Shown in pieces: positions 1 to 10,434 of a DNA stretch of 64,000 bases. Each line of letters opens with the position of its first letter. Within the stretch, counting starts at the first letter, position 1. The notes under the pieces were generated by a model. That model did not search any database. It had not been told where the DNA came from and saw only the letters and a list, made by a program, of their open reading frames with translations. The translations under genes were made by a program, and so were the position numbers. The stretch is taken from positions 1 through 64,000 of the IMG/VR virus record IMGVR_UViG_3300008448_000004. One strand, written 5' to 3'. The stretch is from a virus.

Positions 1-2645
1 GGTGTTTGAGTTACTGTGTTTGTAGGAGTGTTAGTAGGTGTACTAGTTTGAGTGGGGGTTTGTGTTGAAGTATTAGTTGGAGTTTGTGTTGCAGTCTGTG
101 TTGCAGTTTGAGTTGGTGTAGTTGTACGGGTAGGGGTTTGAGTAGGTGTCTGTGTAGGTGTGTTAGTTGGAGTTTGAGTACTGGTAGGAGTTTGAGTATT
201 AGTTTGAGTAGGGGTGTTTGTAGGAGTCTGTGTTGAAGTTTGAGTATTAGTAGGGGTCTGTGTAGTTGTATTGGTAGGAGTATTAGTAGGGGTTTGAGTA
301 GCTGTCTGAGTAGGGGTTTGAGTACCGGTTGGTGTATTTGTAGGAGTTTGCGTAGCTGTATTTGTAGGAGTACTGGTGGGAGTGATTGTACTGGTAGAAG
401 TCTGTGTAGGAGTCTGTGTTGCAGTTTGAGTTGGAGTTACTGTTGTAGTTGGAGTTTGGGTACTCGTTTGTGTCGGTGTATTTGTAGGAGTAGCTGTACC
501 GGTCGGTGTCTGTGTTGGTGTTTGAGTTCTAGTTTGAGTAGGAGTGATCGTATTAGTAGGGGTATTCGTTGGAGTTTGAGTAGAGGTACTAGTTGGAGTT
601 TGGGTATTTGTAGGAGTCTGCGTAGCTGTCTGGGTAGGAGTCTGTGTTGGAGTGTTTGTAGGAGTCTGTGTTGATGTCTGAGTATTTGTAGGGGTGTTAG
701 TAGGGGTATTAGTTGGAGTGTTTGTAGGAGTTGTAGTAGTAGTTGGTGTGTTGGTTGGTGTATTTGTGGGAGTTTGCGTAGCGGTATTGGTAGGTGTTAT
801 AGTATTGGTAGGAGTATTAGTTGGAGTTTGTGTAGGGGTGTTAGTTGAAGTGTTTGTGGGAGTTTGAGAAGGAGTCCTAGTTTGGGTTGGTGTCTGCGTC
901 GATGTACTTGTAGGAGTTTGCGTAGCGGTATTGGTAGGAGTTATAGTACCGGTAGGAGTATTTGTAGGGGTGTTAGTAGAGGTCTGTGTTGTAGTTTGAG
1001 TAGGAGTTGTAGTGTTGGTAGGAGTATTCGTCGGTGTCTGTGTCGGTGTGTTAGTGGGAGTTATAGTATTTGTAGGAGTGTTCGTTGGTGTCTGTGTTGC
1101 GGTATTAGTAGGTGTGACTGTATTAGTAGGAGTTTGAGTGGGAGTATTAGTTGGAGTTTGTGTAGGGGTAGTGGTACGGGTGGGGGTTTGGGTGCTAGTC
1201 TGTGTTGGAGTGTTCGTAGGAGTTTGTGTAGGAGTTATGGTATTAGTAGGTGTGTTGGTTGGAGTTTGGGTAGAGGTCTGTGTTGGAGTATTTGTAGGGG
1301 TTGTGGTATTAGTAGGGGTGTTAGTAGGAGTCTGAGTACTGGTTTGAGTAGGGGTATTTGTCGGGGTATTAGTTGGAGTCTGGGTAGAGGTCTGTGTTGC
1401 GGTATTAGTTGGAGTTATAGTATTGGTAGGTGTGTTAGTAGGAGTATTGGTTGGAGTGTTTGTTGGAGTATTAGTTGATGTTGCTGTATTTGTAGGTGTC
1501 TGTGTTGCAGTTTGAGTGGGAGTTTGAGTTGGAGTTTGTGTATTAGTGGTAGTATTAGTTGGTGTATTCGTAGGAGTTTGAGTAGATGTTTGAGTAGGTG
1601 TTACGGTATTTGTAGGAGTATTTGTAGGGGTTTGTGTTGCAGTTTGCGATGGTGTAGAGGTTTGAGTAGGAGTTTGAGTTGGAGTTTGGGTATTAGTTTG
1701 TGTTGGTGTTATAGTATTTGTAGGGGTGTTAGTAGGAGTTTGAGTACTAGTTTGAGTAGGAGTTACTGTGCTAGTAGGAGTTTGTGTACTTGTACTTGTA
1801 GGAGTGTTTGTAGGTGTTGCTGTCTGGGTAGGAGTCTGTGTACTTGTATTTGTAGGGGTATTAGTAGGAGTTTGAGTATTAGTAGGTGTCTGAGTGCTGG
1901 TTTGAGTAGGAGTTTGGGTTGGTGTAGTTGTTGGAGTCTCAGTAGCGGTAGGGGTTTGGGTAGAAGTCTGTGTTGGTGTTACAGTACCAGTAGGTGTTTG
2001 GGTAGGAGTTTGTGTTACGGTAGCTGTAGGTGTTTGAGTAGGTGTCTCTGTATTTGTAGGAGTTTGAGTAGGGGTACTAGTATTTGTCCGGGTTGGAGTG
2101 GGGGTTTCTGTGTTTGTAGGGGTGTTTGTAGGTGTTTGGGTGTTAGTAGGGGTTTGTGTAGGTGTCTCTGTATTTGTAGGAGTTTGAGTAGGGGTTTGTG
2201 TAAGTCCTACGGTTGGAGTATTGGTTGAAGTAGGTGTATTTGTTGGAGTAAAAGTAGGAGTTTTGGTAGTTGTAGGTGTCGGAGTAGCAGTGCGAGTTGG
2301 TGTAGGTGTTGCTTGAGCTGTTCTTGTAACAGTTGCAGTCGGTGTTGGTGTAATTAGTGAACCGATAACGAAGGTAAAGCTACAATCTAAGCCAGGAGTA
2401 GGCGTAGGCGTAGGTGTCGGTATAACAATAGGGATCGTAAATATATCAGTACATATGCCAACTCCATCTAATATAATATTTACTGCTGTATTCGGAAGAT
2501 TATTAACAGTGTATCCTGCTACTAGTTCTGTACAAGATACATTAGATGCGAGTAAGTTCGCAGGTGTAACACTATCGTAGTATAGGTCGAAAGGCCCTGT
2601 AGACGACCCGCAACTAGTGATTTGTATTACTGCTGATACTAACAT
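1..2645 (-). CDS. Very long Thr/Pro-repeat (mucin-like) virion protein, runs off the left edge of the window
   Basis: Missing from the ORF track because there is no stop in the window. ATG at 2645 gives [36 protein letters not shown]..., followed by continuous TPTQTPTNT repeats for at least 881 codons. A TATTTATA motif lies 16 nt upstream. Confidence 0.9.
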   Translation of the reverse strand, partial: MLVSAVIQITSCGSSTGPFDLYYDSVTPANLLASNVSCTELVAGYTVNNLPNTAVNIILDGVGICTDIFTIPIVIPTPTPTPTPGLDCSFTFVIGSLITPTPTATVTRTAQATPTPTRTATPTPTTTKTPTFTPTNTPTSTNTPTVGLTQTPTQTPTNTETPTQTPTNTQTPTNTPTNTETPTPTRTNTSTPTQTPTNTETPTQTPTATVTQTPTQTPTGTVTPTQTSTQTPTATETPTTTPTQTPTQTSTQTPTNTQTPTNTPTNTSTQTPTQTATPTNTPTSTSTQTPTSTVTPTQTSTQTPTNTPTNTITPTQTNTQTPTQTPTQTSTPSQTATQTPTNTPTNTVTPTQTSTQTPTNTPTNTTTNTQTPTQTPTQTATQTPTNTATSTNTPTNTPTNTPTNTPTNTITPTNTATQTSTQTPTNTPTNTPTQTSTQTPTNTPTNTTTPTNTPTQTSTQTPTNTPTNTITPTQTPTNTPTQTSTQTPTRTTTPTQTPTNTPTQTPTNTVTPTNTATQTPTNTPTNTITPTNTPTQTPTNTPTNTTTPTQTTTQTSTNTPTNTPTGTITPTNTATQTPTSTSTQTPTQTRTPSQTPTNTSTNTPTQTPTNTPTNTITPTNTATQTPTNTPTNTPTTTTTPTNTPTNTPTNTPTNTQTSTQTPTNTPTQTPTQTATQTPTNTQTPTSTSTQTPTNTPTNTITPTQTRTQTPTQTPTGTATPTNTPTQTSTQTPTTTVTPTQTATQTPTQTSTSTITPTSTPTNTATQTPTNTPTGTQTPTQTATQTPTNTPTNTTTQTPTNTQTSTQTPTNTPTQTNTQTPTSTQTPTNTPTQTPTQTPTRTTTPTQTATQTATQTPTNTSTQTPTQTSTPTNTPTNTVTQT

Positions 2646-2660
2646 TCCTTATATTGTAAA

Positions 2661-2668
2661 TATAAATA
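2661..2668 (-). promoter_or_regulatory. Putative late promoter CTATTTATA
   Basis: 16 nt upstream of the Thr/Pro-repeat gene start. Confidence 0.65.
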
Positions 2669-2702
2669 GAATTTTTTAGGTTTTTAACTTAATTTTCACT
2701 GA

Positions 2703-3629
2703 TTAAAATTCATAGGCATTTACAGTTATAGACCCGTCACCTGTAGGATTATATGTGCCATAACTATTAACTGCGGTAGTAGGATCTGTTGCTGTATTGT
2801 TATATATAGTACTTCCGTTATCTACTACAGTTAAGCCGTTATATGCATCGTTAACCCCGTCACTTGTTGTGTAAGTATACACTGATATAGTATCTGCACC
2901 ATACGCGGTGAAATTGCCGCTACCGTTAGAAGTAAGAGTTACTACCGTATTTCCGTTCCTGCTAATTGCCATGTAAGCAGCGGTTGCAGTAGTCGTAAAG
3001 CTATAAGATATTGTAAACGATGTTGTCGGGGTAGGGGTCGGTGTTAGAGTATTAGTTGGTGTATTAGTTGGGGTGAGAGATATTGTTAAGGTAGGTGTTG
3101 GAGTAGGAGTAGGGGTTGCTAGTATGTTATTACAAGCATTTGCACCATTAGTTCCTCCTTGATCGTAAAGTGTTGTAGATAGCGGGTAAAGTCCTTTTAC
3201 GCTGTTTACCGAAGTTACTGGTGTGTTTGAATAGATGTAGTTAACATAGCAAGGGTAGGGAGTCTGCCCGGAAACAACTACACAATCTCCGTAATCTTTA
3301 TACCACCATTGGCTGTATGGTGTAAAGTTAGGATCGCTAGGAAAGTAGCCGTAAGCAACGGGTATATTTGAACCAGATTCGGTGAGTTCACCACTAGTAC
3401 AGTTTCTATACTTTGTAATTGCATAAATATCAGTACAGTCTATCCAGCTATCTATGTAACCGTTTTCTAAAACCGTAGCGCATTTTACTCCATCGGAATA
3501 CTGTCCAGCATTAACCGGTACGTACTGACTTGCTGAATAGGCATAGAGGTAGCAGCCTATGTTAAAGGTTGAACAGTTAGAGTACAGTGTCGATGAGGTA
3601 GCTTCGCAAAATCCAGGTCCAACAGCCAT
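2703..3629 (-). CDS. Putative virion protein: two beta-rich/Cys-rich domains joined by a TPTPT linker
   Basis: 308 aa ORF, Tyr/Cys/Thr-rich, with central [10 protein letters not shown]...TPTPTPTPT, located among structural genes. Confidence 0.7.
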   Translation of the reverse strand: MAVGPGFCEATSSTLYSNCSTFNIGCYLYAYSASQYVPVNAGQYSDGVKCATVLENGYIDSWIDCTDIYAITKYRNCTSGELTESGSNIPVAYGYFPSDPNFTPYSQWWYKDYGDCVVVSGQTPYPCYVNYIYSNTPVTSVNSVKGLYPLSTTLYDQGGTNGANACNNILATPTPTPTPTLTISLTPTNTPTNTLTPTPTPTTSFTISYSFTTTATAAYMAISRNGNTVVTLTSNGSGNFTAYGADTISVYTYTTSDGVNDAYNGLTVVDNGSTIYNNTATDPTTAVNSYGTYNPTGDGSITVNAYEF

Positions 3630-3643
3630 ATCTTAAAAAATTA

Positions 3644-6600
3644 TTATTCTTCTAATGCTACAAAACATAAGTATGTACAGAAACAAGAACTCAATCCTAC
3701 ATCATAGGTTAATGTTAATGGATAGTAAGTTACAGGGTAACAGTTGTTAACATCCACGCATAAGGTACCTAATCCTGTAGTATTAACAGCTACAGCATTT
3801 CCGGTTCCACACCCTCCATCTGCTGCTGAGATATTCCCGATTGTTCCTTGTCTGATACAAGCTTTTACAGTTTCGAAAGGTCCTATTGCAATACATCCAG
3901 TATTATTCTGCCTTGTAATATATGATGCATAGACTTCAAAACTGTTAGGGTTGTAAATCTCTGTACAATCTCCTAACTCTTCCGGTGTAGGAGTGGGTGT
4001 TCTGGTAGGAGTAAGAGTTGGTGTTTGAGTTGGAGTTTCTGTATTGGTAGGTGTAATAGTGTTAGTAGGAGTTGCTGTATTAGTTGGTGTTTGAGTTGGA
4101 GTTTCTGTATTGGTGGGGGTAAGGGTATTAGTAGGAGTTATTGTACTAGTGGGAGTTACTGTGTTAGTGGGGGTTCGAGTGGGAGTATTAGTAGGAGTTT
4201 GAGTTGGGGTATTTGTAGGGGTATTGGTAGGAGTATTTGTAGGAGTATTTGTAGGGGTGTTAGTAGGGGTATTAGTTGGAGTTTGAGTAGGAGTGTTTGT
4301 AGGAGTGGTGGTTCTAGTAGGGGTTTGAGTATTAGTTTGAGTAGGTGTCTGTGTTGGTGTATTGGTTGGTGTATTTGTGGGAGTTATTGTTCTAGTTGGA
4401 GTTTGAGTGGGTGTTTGTGTTGGCGTATTGGTTGGTGTATTTGTGGGAGTAGCAGTTCTAGTAGGAGTATTAGTAGGTGTCTGTGTCGGTGTATTTGTAA
4501 TGGTCTGTGTTGGTGTCTGTGTTGCAGTAGGTGTTTGTGTTGCTCCAGAAGTCTTAGTGGGAGTTTGAGTAGCCGTATTAGTTGGGGTCTGAGTAGGAGT
4601 ATTTGTAGGAGTAGTGGTTCTGGTGGGAGTTTGGGTAGAAGTGTTTGTTGGGGTATTCGTAGGAGTACTAGTTCTAGTAGGTGTGTTAGTACTAGTTTGA
4701 GTTGGGGTATTTGTAGGAGTTTGAGTAGCTGTATTTGTTGGAGTTTGCGTCGGTGTGGTAGTAGGAGTTGTGGTTTTTGTCGGAGTATTTGTGGGAGTTT
4801 GTGTGCTGGTTTGCGTTGGAGTATTAGTGGGTGTTTGTGTTGGTGTGTTTGTAGGAGTAGCGGTTCTGGTAGAAGTGTTGGTAGGAGTTTGAGTTAAGGT
4901 GTTTGTTGGGGTGTTTGTTGCTGTCGAAGTAGGGGTTTGAGTAGCTCCTGTAGTTCTAGTAGGAGTCTGGGTTGTGGTATTAGTAGGAGTTTGTGTGGGA
5001 GTTTGAGTGTTTGTAGCTGTATTTGTTGGAGTGTTTGTAGGTGTAGTTGTTTTAGTGGGTGTCTGTGTTGAGGTTTGAGTTGGTGTTTGAGTAGGGGATA
5101 ATGTTACAGTATTGGTAGGTGTTTGGGTTGTAGTTTGTGTAGGAGTTAATGTGGGAGTATTAGTAGGGGTTTTAGTACTTGTAGCGGTTTGTGTCGGTGT
5201 CTGCGTTGGTGTCTGTGTAGGTGTTCCGGTGTTGGTTGGAGTTTGAGTAGGGGTATTAGTAGGAGTTTGAGTTGCAGTTTCGGTAGGGGTCTGTGTAGGA
5301 GTTTGAGTTGCAGTTTCAGTAGGTGTTTGTGTTGAAGTTGCAGTATTAGTTGGAGTTTGAGTAGTTGTAGGTGTGTAGGTTGGTGTAATTGTGGGAGTGG
5401 GGGTATTTGTAGGTGTGTACGTAGGTGTTGGGGTGGGGGTAGAGGTTGCTGCTAAAGAACAGTTAACCGATACCGTATACTCTCCCCCGCAAGGAGCATC
5501 TATAATTAAAGTAGCTGTTGTAGGAAATGCGGCTGTCTTACTGAACGATAAAGTGCCGGTTCCTGCTGCGATCACTGGATCTCCTGATAGGCATGTAGCG
5601 TATGCAGCACAGCTTGTATTAAAGCAATCTCCTACATAGCCACTTGTGTAAGTGTTGCCGTCCCATATTAGAGTAAACCTATCCGGTATGAAGTTTGTTA
5701 TATAGTCTATGCCTACAGTACCCGTAACTGCGCCAATATTAATTGTATACTTTGCAGTGTAAGGGGGTGCTGTTCCTTGTAAAGTATCACCGCAGTTTAG
5801 TGTTCCTATAATAGCTAGATCTGTTGGTGTAGGTGTTGATGTTCTTGTAGGTTGTGGAGTTCGTGTAGGAGTCAGTGTAGTCGTAGGTGTTGTAGTGGGT
5901 GTAGAAGTTTCTGTAGATGTTGGCGTTACTGTCCTTGTGGGTTGTGGAGTTCTCGTTTCAGTAGGTGTAACTGTGTTGGTTGGAGTCTGGGTAGGAGTTA
6001 TTGTGTTAGTTGGGGTTTGAGTAGCAGTGGTTGTGTTAGTTGGAGTTTGTGTTGGGGTTTGGGTGTTAGTTAAGGTAGGAGTTGTTGTGTTAGTTGGGGT
6101 TTGAGTAGGGGTTTCGGTACTTGTAGGAGTTTGGGTAGGGGTTTCTGTGTTAGTCGGAGTTACTGTACTGGTAGGAGTATTAGTAGGTGTTTCGGTAGGA
6201 GTTATAGTATTTGTAGGTGTATTAGTAGGTGTCCTTGTAGGTGTTACAGATATTGTAACCGTTGGCGTAGGAGTTTCGGTACTTGTAGGAGTTTGGGTAG
6301 GGGTTTCGGTACTTGTAGGAGTTTGTGTAGGAGTACTTGTAGTAGTGGGAGTGGGGGTATTACTATTAACAGGAGTTCCACTCAATGTAGGTGTAGGGGA
6401 TTCAGTCGGCTGCGGTGTTCTTGTAGATGTTGTTGTAGGAGTAGGAGTAGGTGTGTTTGGGGTTATAGTTACGGTCGGAGTATTAGTAGGTGTTATTGTG
6501 TTAGTTGGAGTCTGTGTAGGCGTCTCCGTAGAGGTGGCGGTGGGGGTGTTTGTAGTTGTAGTAGTAGGTGATGGGGTTTGAAATGGTGTTTGGGTAGGAG

Positions 6601-7054
6601 TTTGGGTAGGAGACGAGGTTGGCTCGGGAGTTCTGGTTGGAGTTTGGGTAGGGGTTTGGGTTGCTGTGATGCTGGGTGTTGGTGAGTTACTAGGAGTGAA
6701 TGTAGGTGTTGGTGAGTTACTAGGAGTGAATGTAGGTGTAGGGGAATTACTCGGTGTAATGCTAGGAGTAATAGTGTTCGTAGGAGTGATAGAAGGTGTT
6801 ATAGTGTTTGTAGGAGTAGGAGTAGGAGTTGGCTGTCCAATGCCTGGAATCGGTTCTATAACTATGTTGTTACAGCCTGGTTGTATATTTTCTAATATAA
6901 TTAGAGTTGCTGTAGAGGGTAGATTGACTATGTAAGGAAAATCTACTAAAAATATATTAGCTGCAACTTGAGTTAGGGAAGAAACAGTATCGTAATATAT
7001 GTTAAAAGGTCCTTGTGCTCCACCTCCTGTTATCTGTATTGAGTAACTTGCCAT
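3644..7054 (-). CDS. Thr/Pro-repeat (mucin-like) virion protein with N-terminal, central and C-terminal globular domains
   Basis: 1136 aa ORF with two long TPT blocks. The N-terminus is similar to the ORF starting at 2645. No signal peptide. Confidence 0.85.
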   Translation of the reverse strand: MASYSIQITGGGAQGPFNIYYDTVSSLTQVAANIFLVDFPYIVNLPSTATLIILENIQPGCNNIVIEPIPGIGQPTPTPTPTNTITPSITPTNTITPSITPSNSPTPTFTPSNSPTPTFTPSNSPTPSITATQTPTQTPTRTPEPTSSPTQTPTQTPFQTPSPTTTTTNTPTATSTETPTQTPTNTITPTNTPTVTITPNTPTPTPTTTSTRTPQPTESPTPTLSGTPVNSNTPTPTTTSTPTQTPTSTETPTQTPTSTETPTPTVTISVTPTRTPTNTPTNTITPTETPTNTPTSTVTPTNTETPTQTPTSTETPTQTPTNTTTPTLTNTQTPTQTPTNTTTATQTPTNTITPTQTPTNTVTPTETRTPQPTRTVTPTSTETSTPTTTPTTTLTPTRTPQPTRTSTPTPTDLAIIGTLNCGDTLQGTAPPYTAKYTINIGAVTGTVGIDYITNFIPDRFTLIWDGNTYTSGYVGDCFNTSCAAYATCLSGDPVIAAGTGTLSFSKTAAFPTTATLIIDAPCGGEYTVSVNCSLAATSTPTPTPTYTPTNTPTPTITPTYTPTTTQTPTNTATSTQTPTETATQTPTQTPTETATQTPTNTPTQTPTNTGTPTQTPTQTPTQTATSTKTPTNTPTLTPTQTTTQTPTNTVTLSPTQTPTQTSTQTPTKTTTPTNTPTNTATNTQTPTQTPTNTTTQTPTRTTGATQTPTSTATNTPTNTLTQTPTNTSTRTATPTNTPTQTPTNTPTQTSTQTPTNTPTKTTTPTTTPTQTPTNTATQTPTNTPTQTSTNTPTRTSTPTNTPTNTSTQTPTRTTTPTNTPTQTPTNTATQTPTKTSGATQTPTATQTPTQTITNTPTQTPTNTPTRTATPTNTPTNTPTQTPTQTPTRTITPTNTPTNTPTQTPTQTNTQTPTRTTTPTNTPTQTPTNTPTNTPTNTPTNTPTNTPTNTPTQTPTNTPTRTPTNTVTPTSTITPTNTLTPTNTETPTQTPTNTATPTNTITPTNTETPTQTPTLTPTRTPTPTPEELGDCTEIYNPNSFEVYASYITRQNNTGCIAIGPFETVKACIRQGTIGNISAADGGCGTGNAVAVNTTGLGTLCVDVNNCYPVTYYPLTLTYDVGLSSCFCTYLCFVALEE

Positions 7055-7085
7055 TTTCCTTTCAGCATTTTATATGGTGATACTC

Positions 7086-8624
7086 TTAACATCCTGTACA
7101 GTTAGTGTTAGTACAATAAGCTCCTACAGCAAAAATTTGATTTCCGTTATTTGCAGGAGATACTGATACGCTAAATATTGAATTAACTCCATTCAAGTTG
7201 TAATTTAGGTTTGTTGCAGACGTACCGCCTGTATACTGTCCTGACTGTAATGTAACAGATTGGTTGCTCAGTAATACTGGGAATCCTGAGGTTGTATTTA
7301 GGTAAGCGCTAAATGTTACAGTAACGTTTGTGTTAGGTGGATATCCTCCGATAATATCACCTACTGTCTGCAGTCTGTAGTAAACTGTAGATTGATTTGC
7401 TCCTGTATTCTCATAGTACAGACATAGTGTCATGTATAGCATATTAACAGGAGTAACGGTTGGGGTAGGAGTAGGTGTTTGTGATTTCGTAACCGTAGGA
7501 GTTGGCGTGTTGGTAGGTGTTACGGTATTGGTAGGTGTTATAGACGGTGTTAGTGTATTAGTAGGCGTTACCGAAGGAGTTGTTGGTGGTGTTGCTGTTA
7601 TAGTAGGTGTTATAGATGGTGTTAATGTGACGGTTGGGGTTGGAGTAAGTGTTGCAGGAGGCGTCATTGTCGGTGTAGGTGATGGCTGAATAGTCACTGT
7701 TCCGCCTATAATTTCACAATTAATAATACTTACTATAATAGTAGATACGTTACTAGGGGCACAAGCAGAGCTTGTAACGCTGTAATTTATCGAATATACA
7801 CCTTCTGTACTTGATAAAGGATCTGCATTGTCTAACTCTACTTGTCCTGATATTACCGTATAGTCAGGGAAAAGGTTTCCAGGTATAGGCTGTAACTGTA
7901 AACTTGCTACATCGACTGCACTACAATCAGCAGTTGTCGTTATTAGCGGCTGTATAATTTTAGGATCATCGGTGGTTAAGAAGACTTCAAATACATCAGA
8001 TGTATTAGGTCCTGAATCAAAGAGGCAGCTGTAGTCTGGATTAGTTATTACAATTAATCCCTGGGGGTATAGTATATTACCTACTAAACTTCCTGATTCT
8101 ATACATCTATAGAGGAAATCTGAATTGTACAGTATTTCATCTGTATAGTCATTTGTATTGAAGGTTCCGACTGCGCAGTCTGCAACATCTACTAGATTAC
8201 CATTTCCGTCATCTACAATTAAAAAAGCGCTAGTAGTACTTCCTAATCTAAATGTTTTAGGGTGAATTGCTTCTCCATAAATTTCTTGAGGTACAGATAC
8301 TATCTTTATACTAGAAGTAGGAAGATTCCTTATATCAGCTTGATAAGAACCAGGTACTGCTGTTGATTGTAGGCTATCGTTATAAGCAGACGCAGATGTA
8401 AAAGAAGCTGATTGAGCTGCTCTATAGAAGAGATTCCTAATAGAAGAGTAATATAATCCTTCTTCAGGGAAAGAGCCGGTTATAGATTGTGCTGTATTAA
8501 CACCTTTGAAGACTTGTATTCCTGCATCGTAGAAAGAACAGTCTGTGTACTCCAGGTAATTTAATGCCCTGTATGGAATTACAGCTAGATCTGAAATCGA
8601 TAGTGTCTTGAATGCAGAACTCAT
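7086..8624 (-). CDS. Putative baseplate/tail structural protein with PT linker
   Basis: 512 aa ORF. The N-terminal part (GNLVD...[14 protein letters not shown]) resembles the neighbouring 8649..9713 protein (GYFLPDIGTIVLN). PT linker precedes the C-terminal domain. Confidence 0.6.
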   Translation of the reverse strand: MSSAFKTLSISDLAVIPYRALNYLEYTDCSFYDAGIQVFKGVNTAQSITGSFPEEGLYYSSIRNLFYRAAQSASFTSASAYNDSLQSTAVPGSYQADIRNLPTSSIKIVSVPQEIYGEAIHPKTFRLGSTTSAFLIVDDGNGNLVDVADCAVGTFNTNDYTDEILYNSDFLYRCIESGSLVGNILYPQGLIVITNPDYSCLFDSGPNTSDVFEVFLTTDDPKIIQPLITTTADCSAVDVASLQLQPIPGNLFPDYTVISGQVELDNADPLSSTEGVYSINYSVTSSACAPSNVSTIIVSIINCEIIGGTVTIQPSPTPTMTPPATLTPTPTVTLTPSITPTITATPPTTPSVTPTNTLTPSITPTNTVTPTNTPTPTVTKSQTPTPTPTVTPVNMLYMTLCLYYENTGANQSTVYYRLQTVGDIIGGYPPNTNVTVTFSAYLNTTSGFPVLLSNQSVTLQSGQYTGGTSATNLNYNLNGVNSIFSVSVSPANNGNQIFAVGAYCTNTNCTGC

Positions 8625-8648
8625 TCTTCATTTTAGTTTTAAATTTAA

Positions 8649-9713
8649 TTACCAATCTAACTTAACTCTAAACAGTGCTTCTTTTGTGAAGTCCTTAACT
8701 AGAGGCTTAGATGTTTTTGCTACAGCTAGAAGCTCGTTATTATCATTGTATAAGCCGATAGTCGTCACATAGGTCTGTGGACTATTCACAAAATTAGGGT
8801 AGACGAAATCCCCGCTCCCGCTTATCATCGAAGGGTTAGTGGTGTAGTTAAAATCCTGGTTTCCTACTCTAACAAATATATAATCTGAAGCAATTGTCTC
8901 TTCGCTGTTCATTTGAAAATATCCTGAGCTACTAACTGCATTATATACTAATTGATAGTTATATGCTGCAACATCGGCTCCCTGGTTTGGAGTAGCAGAA
9001 ATACCGCCGTTTGCAAAAGTTAATGCTAGGGCTCTAGGATTTAGGACTATGGTTCCAATATCTGGGAGAAAATACCCGTAAGAGCCGGATGCTGTATATC
9101 CTGCTACGATACCAGCACCGACTGTTGAAGTTGTCGGAGTACCGTAAGAACCGCTTACGATATCAAATGCTCTACCACAATCTAGGTAAGTATTAACAGA
9201 AACTGTCTTACTATTATCTGATAGTTTTAGAACATTTCCTGAGTTATCTTTTAATTGCAGGTTAAAGCTACCGGGAAGTAGATGTTCTTTGTATCTAGTT
9301 CTCTCTACGTTTATGACGTAAATATCTGGTGAGTTAATGGGTGAGGTTGTACTTAAGCCGCAAGTCTGTGAAGTTGAGCCTAGTCCGAAACTAAAACCTG
9401 TGTTTTCATCTCCAAATACCAAGGTTCTGTATTGACCGTACACTGTCTTAGTAGGAGATACTCCAGGTACTAAATCATTGTAGTATGTTGAACCTGAGCC
9501 TGAGATGTGTCCGTATGCTACACTAAACTGAACTTCTGCATCCGCAGAGTTTGGGTTTGCTTGATATACATCTAGGTAAAATTCAGGAGCAGGAGAGTAT
9601 ACTGAAGAGGTGTAGTAAGAAGTTAGTACAGGCTCATTTCCTGTCCATGTCGGCACTGTTATTGAATCCGTACTTATTACGAAATCAGTAGGCTGTAATC
9701 TAGCGTAGCTCAT
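8649..9713 (-). CDS. Putative virion structural protein (baseplate region)
   Basis: 354 aa ORF whose C-terminus TYVTTIGLYNDNNELLAVAKTSKPLVK...RVKLDW resembles tail-collar/baseplate motifs; context supports a structural role. Confidence 0.6.
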   Translation of the reverse strand: MSYARLQPTDFVISTDSITVPTWTGNEPVLTSYYTSSVYSPAPEFYLDVYQANPNSADAEVQFSVAYGHISGSGSTYYNDLVPGVSPTKTVYGQYRTLVFGDENTGFSFGLGSTSQTCGLSTTSPINSPDIYVINVERTRYKEHLLPGSFNLQLKDNSGNVLKLSDNSKTVSVNTYLDCGRAFDIVSGSYGTPTTSTVGAGIVAGYTASGSYGYFLPDIGTIVLNPRALALTFANGGISATPNQGADVAAYNYQLVYNAVSSSGYFQMNSEETIASDYIFVRVGNQDFNYTTNPSMISGSGDFVYPNFVNSPQTYVTTIGLYNDNNELLAVAKTSKPLVKDFTKEALFRVKLDW

Positions 9714-9727
9714 ATGGTTATATTACT

Positions 9728-10387
9728 TTAAATATTCGTTTTTAGAATAGTAACCGGAACAGATACTCTTGCTCCAGAATCACGTCCTTCTATAACTAAC
9801 AAGGTAGTTAGTGACGGCTGTGATCCGAATAGGGTGTTAACTGTTGTTGCGGTTAGGTTTATAGTAGCACCAACAACTGTCTTTCCTACGTTGGTACCTA
9901 CTGTTGTTGTTGAGTTTAGAGCTTGTGCTTCTGCTGTATTAATTCCAGTTCCGTTAAAGCTACTTAAAACTCTAACATCGTTAATTGTTGCTATGTAACC
10001 AGATTGCTCAAAAGTAGAAGTAGCTCCTAGATAATTTAAGGTCTGTGGAGTTATAGATAATGAAGCACCTTGTCTTAAGCTTATACTACTATAACCGATA
10101 TCTAGTACCGGGAGTTTTGAAGTACCTCTGGGTAGAGTTATGAGTTTGTACTTCATAATCTGTTGATCATCAGGAAAGGCTTCAATTACGGGCATATTCT
10201 CAATTGCTTCACCGTAGTAAGCAGATCCGGACGGATGAGATGGGTTATATAAAGTATAGTCTATTTCATCATCAGACAAAGCAAACTGTGTAATACGGAA
10301 AGATCCGTCATTTCTAGCTAGAAGCTGGCGTCCTTTCTTTGTTAAGATAGCGTCTAATATTACAGACGTGTTATTTAGATATCCCAT
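9728..10387 (-). CDS. Putative virion structural protein
   Basis: 219 aa ORF (MGYLNNTSVILDAILTKKGRQLLA...ITQFALSDDEIDY) with a TATTTATA motif upstream at 10408-10415. Confidence 0.6.
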   Translation of the reverse strand: MGYLNNTSVILDAILTKKGRQLLARNDGSFRITQFALSDDEIDYTLYNPSHPSGSAYYGEAIENMPVIEAFPDDQQIMKYKLITLPRGTSKLPVLDIGYSSISLRQGASLSITPQTLNYLGATSTFEQSGYIATINDVRVLSSFNGTGINTAEAQALNSTTTVGTNVGKTVVGATINLTATTVNTLFGSQPSLTTLLVIEGRDSGARVSVPVTILKTNI

Positions 10388-10407
10388 TTTTTATGTAGTT
10401 TGACTAT

Positions 10408-10415
10408 TATAAATA
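10408..10415 (-). promoter_or_regulatory. Putative late promoter ATATTTATA
   Basis: About 20 nt upstream of 9728..10387. Confidence 0.65.
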
Positions 10416-10434
10416 TTAAATATAAGGATTTTAA

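Noticed and set aside
240-6935. Many plus-strand ORFs rich in Cys/Ser/Arg/Gly or Val/Gly (for example 240..674, 864..1478, 1512..2228, 4025..4897, 6147..6581)
   Set aside because: They are antisense shadows of the minus-strand Thr/Pro repeats, whose complement is stop-poor. They have no promoters or RBS context and overlap real genes completely.
1-7054. Repeat DNA as a CRISPR array, satellite or assembly artefact
   Set aside because: The repeats are in-frame protein-coding with varied synonymous codons. There is no constant repeat-spacer structure, and globular domains are interspersed.
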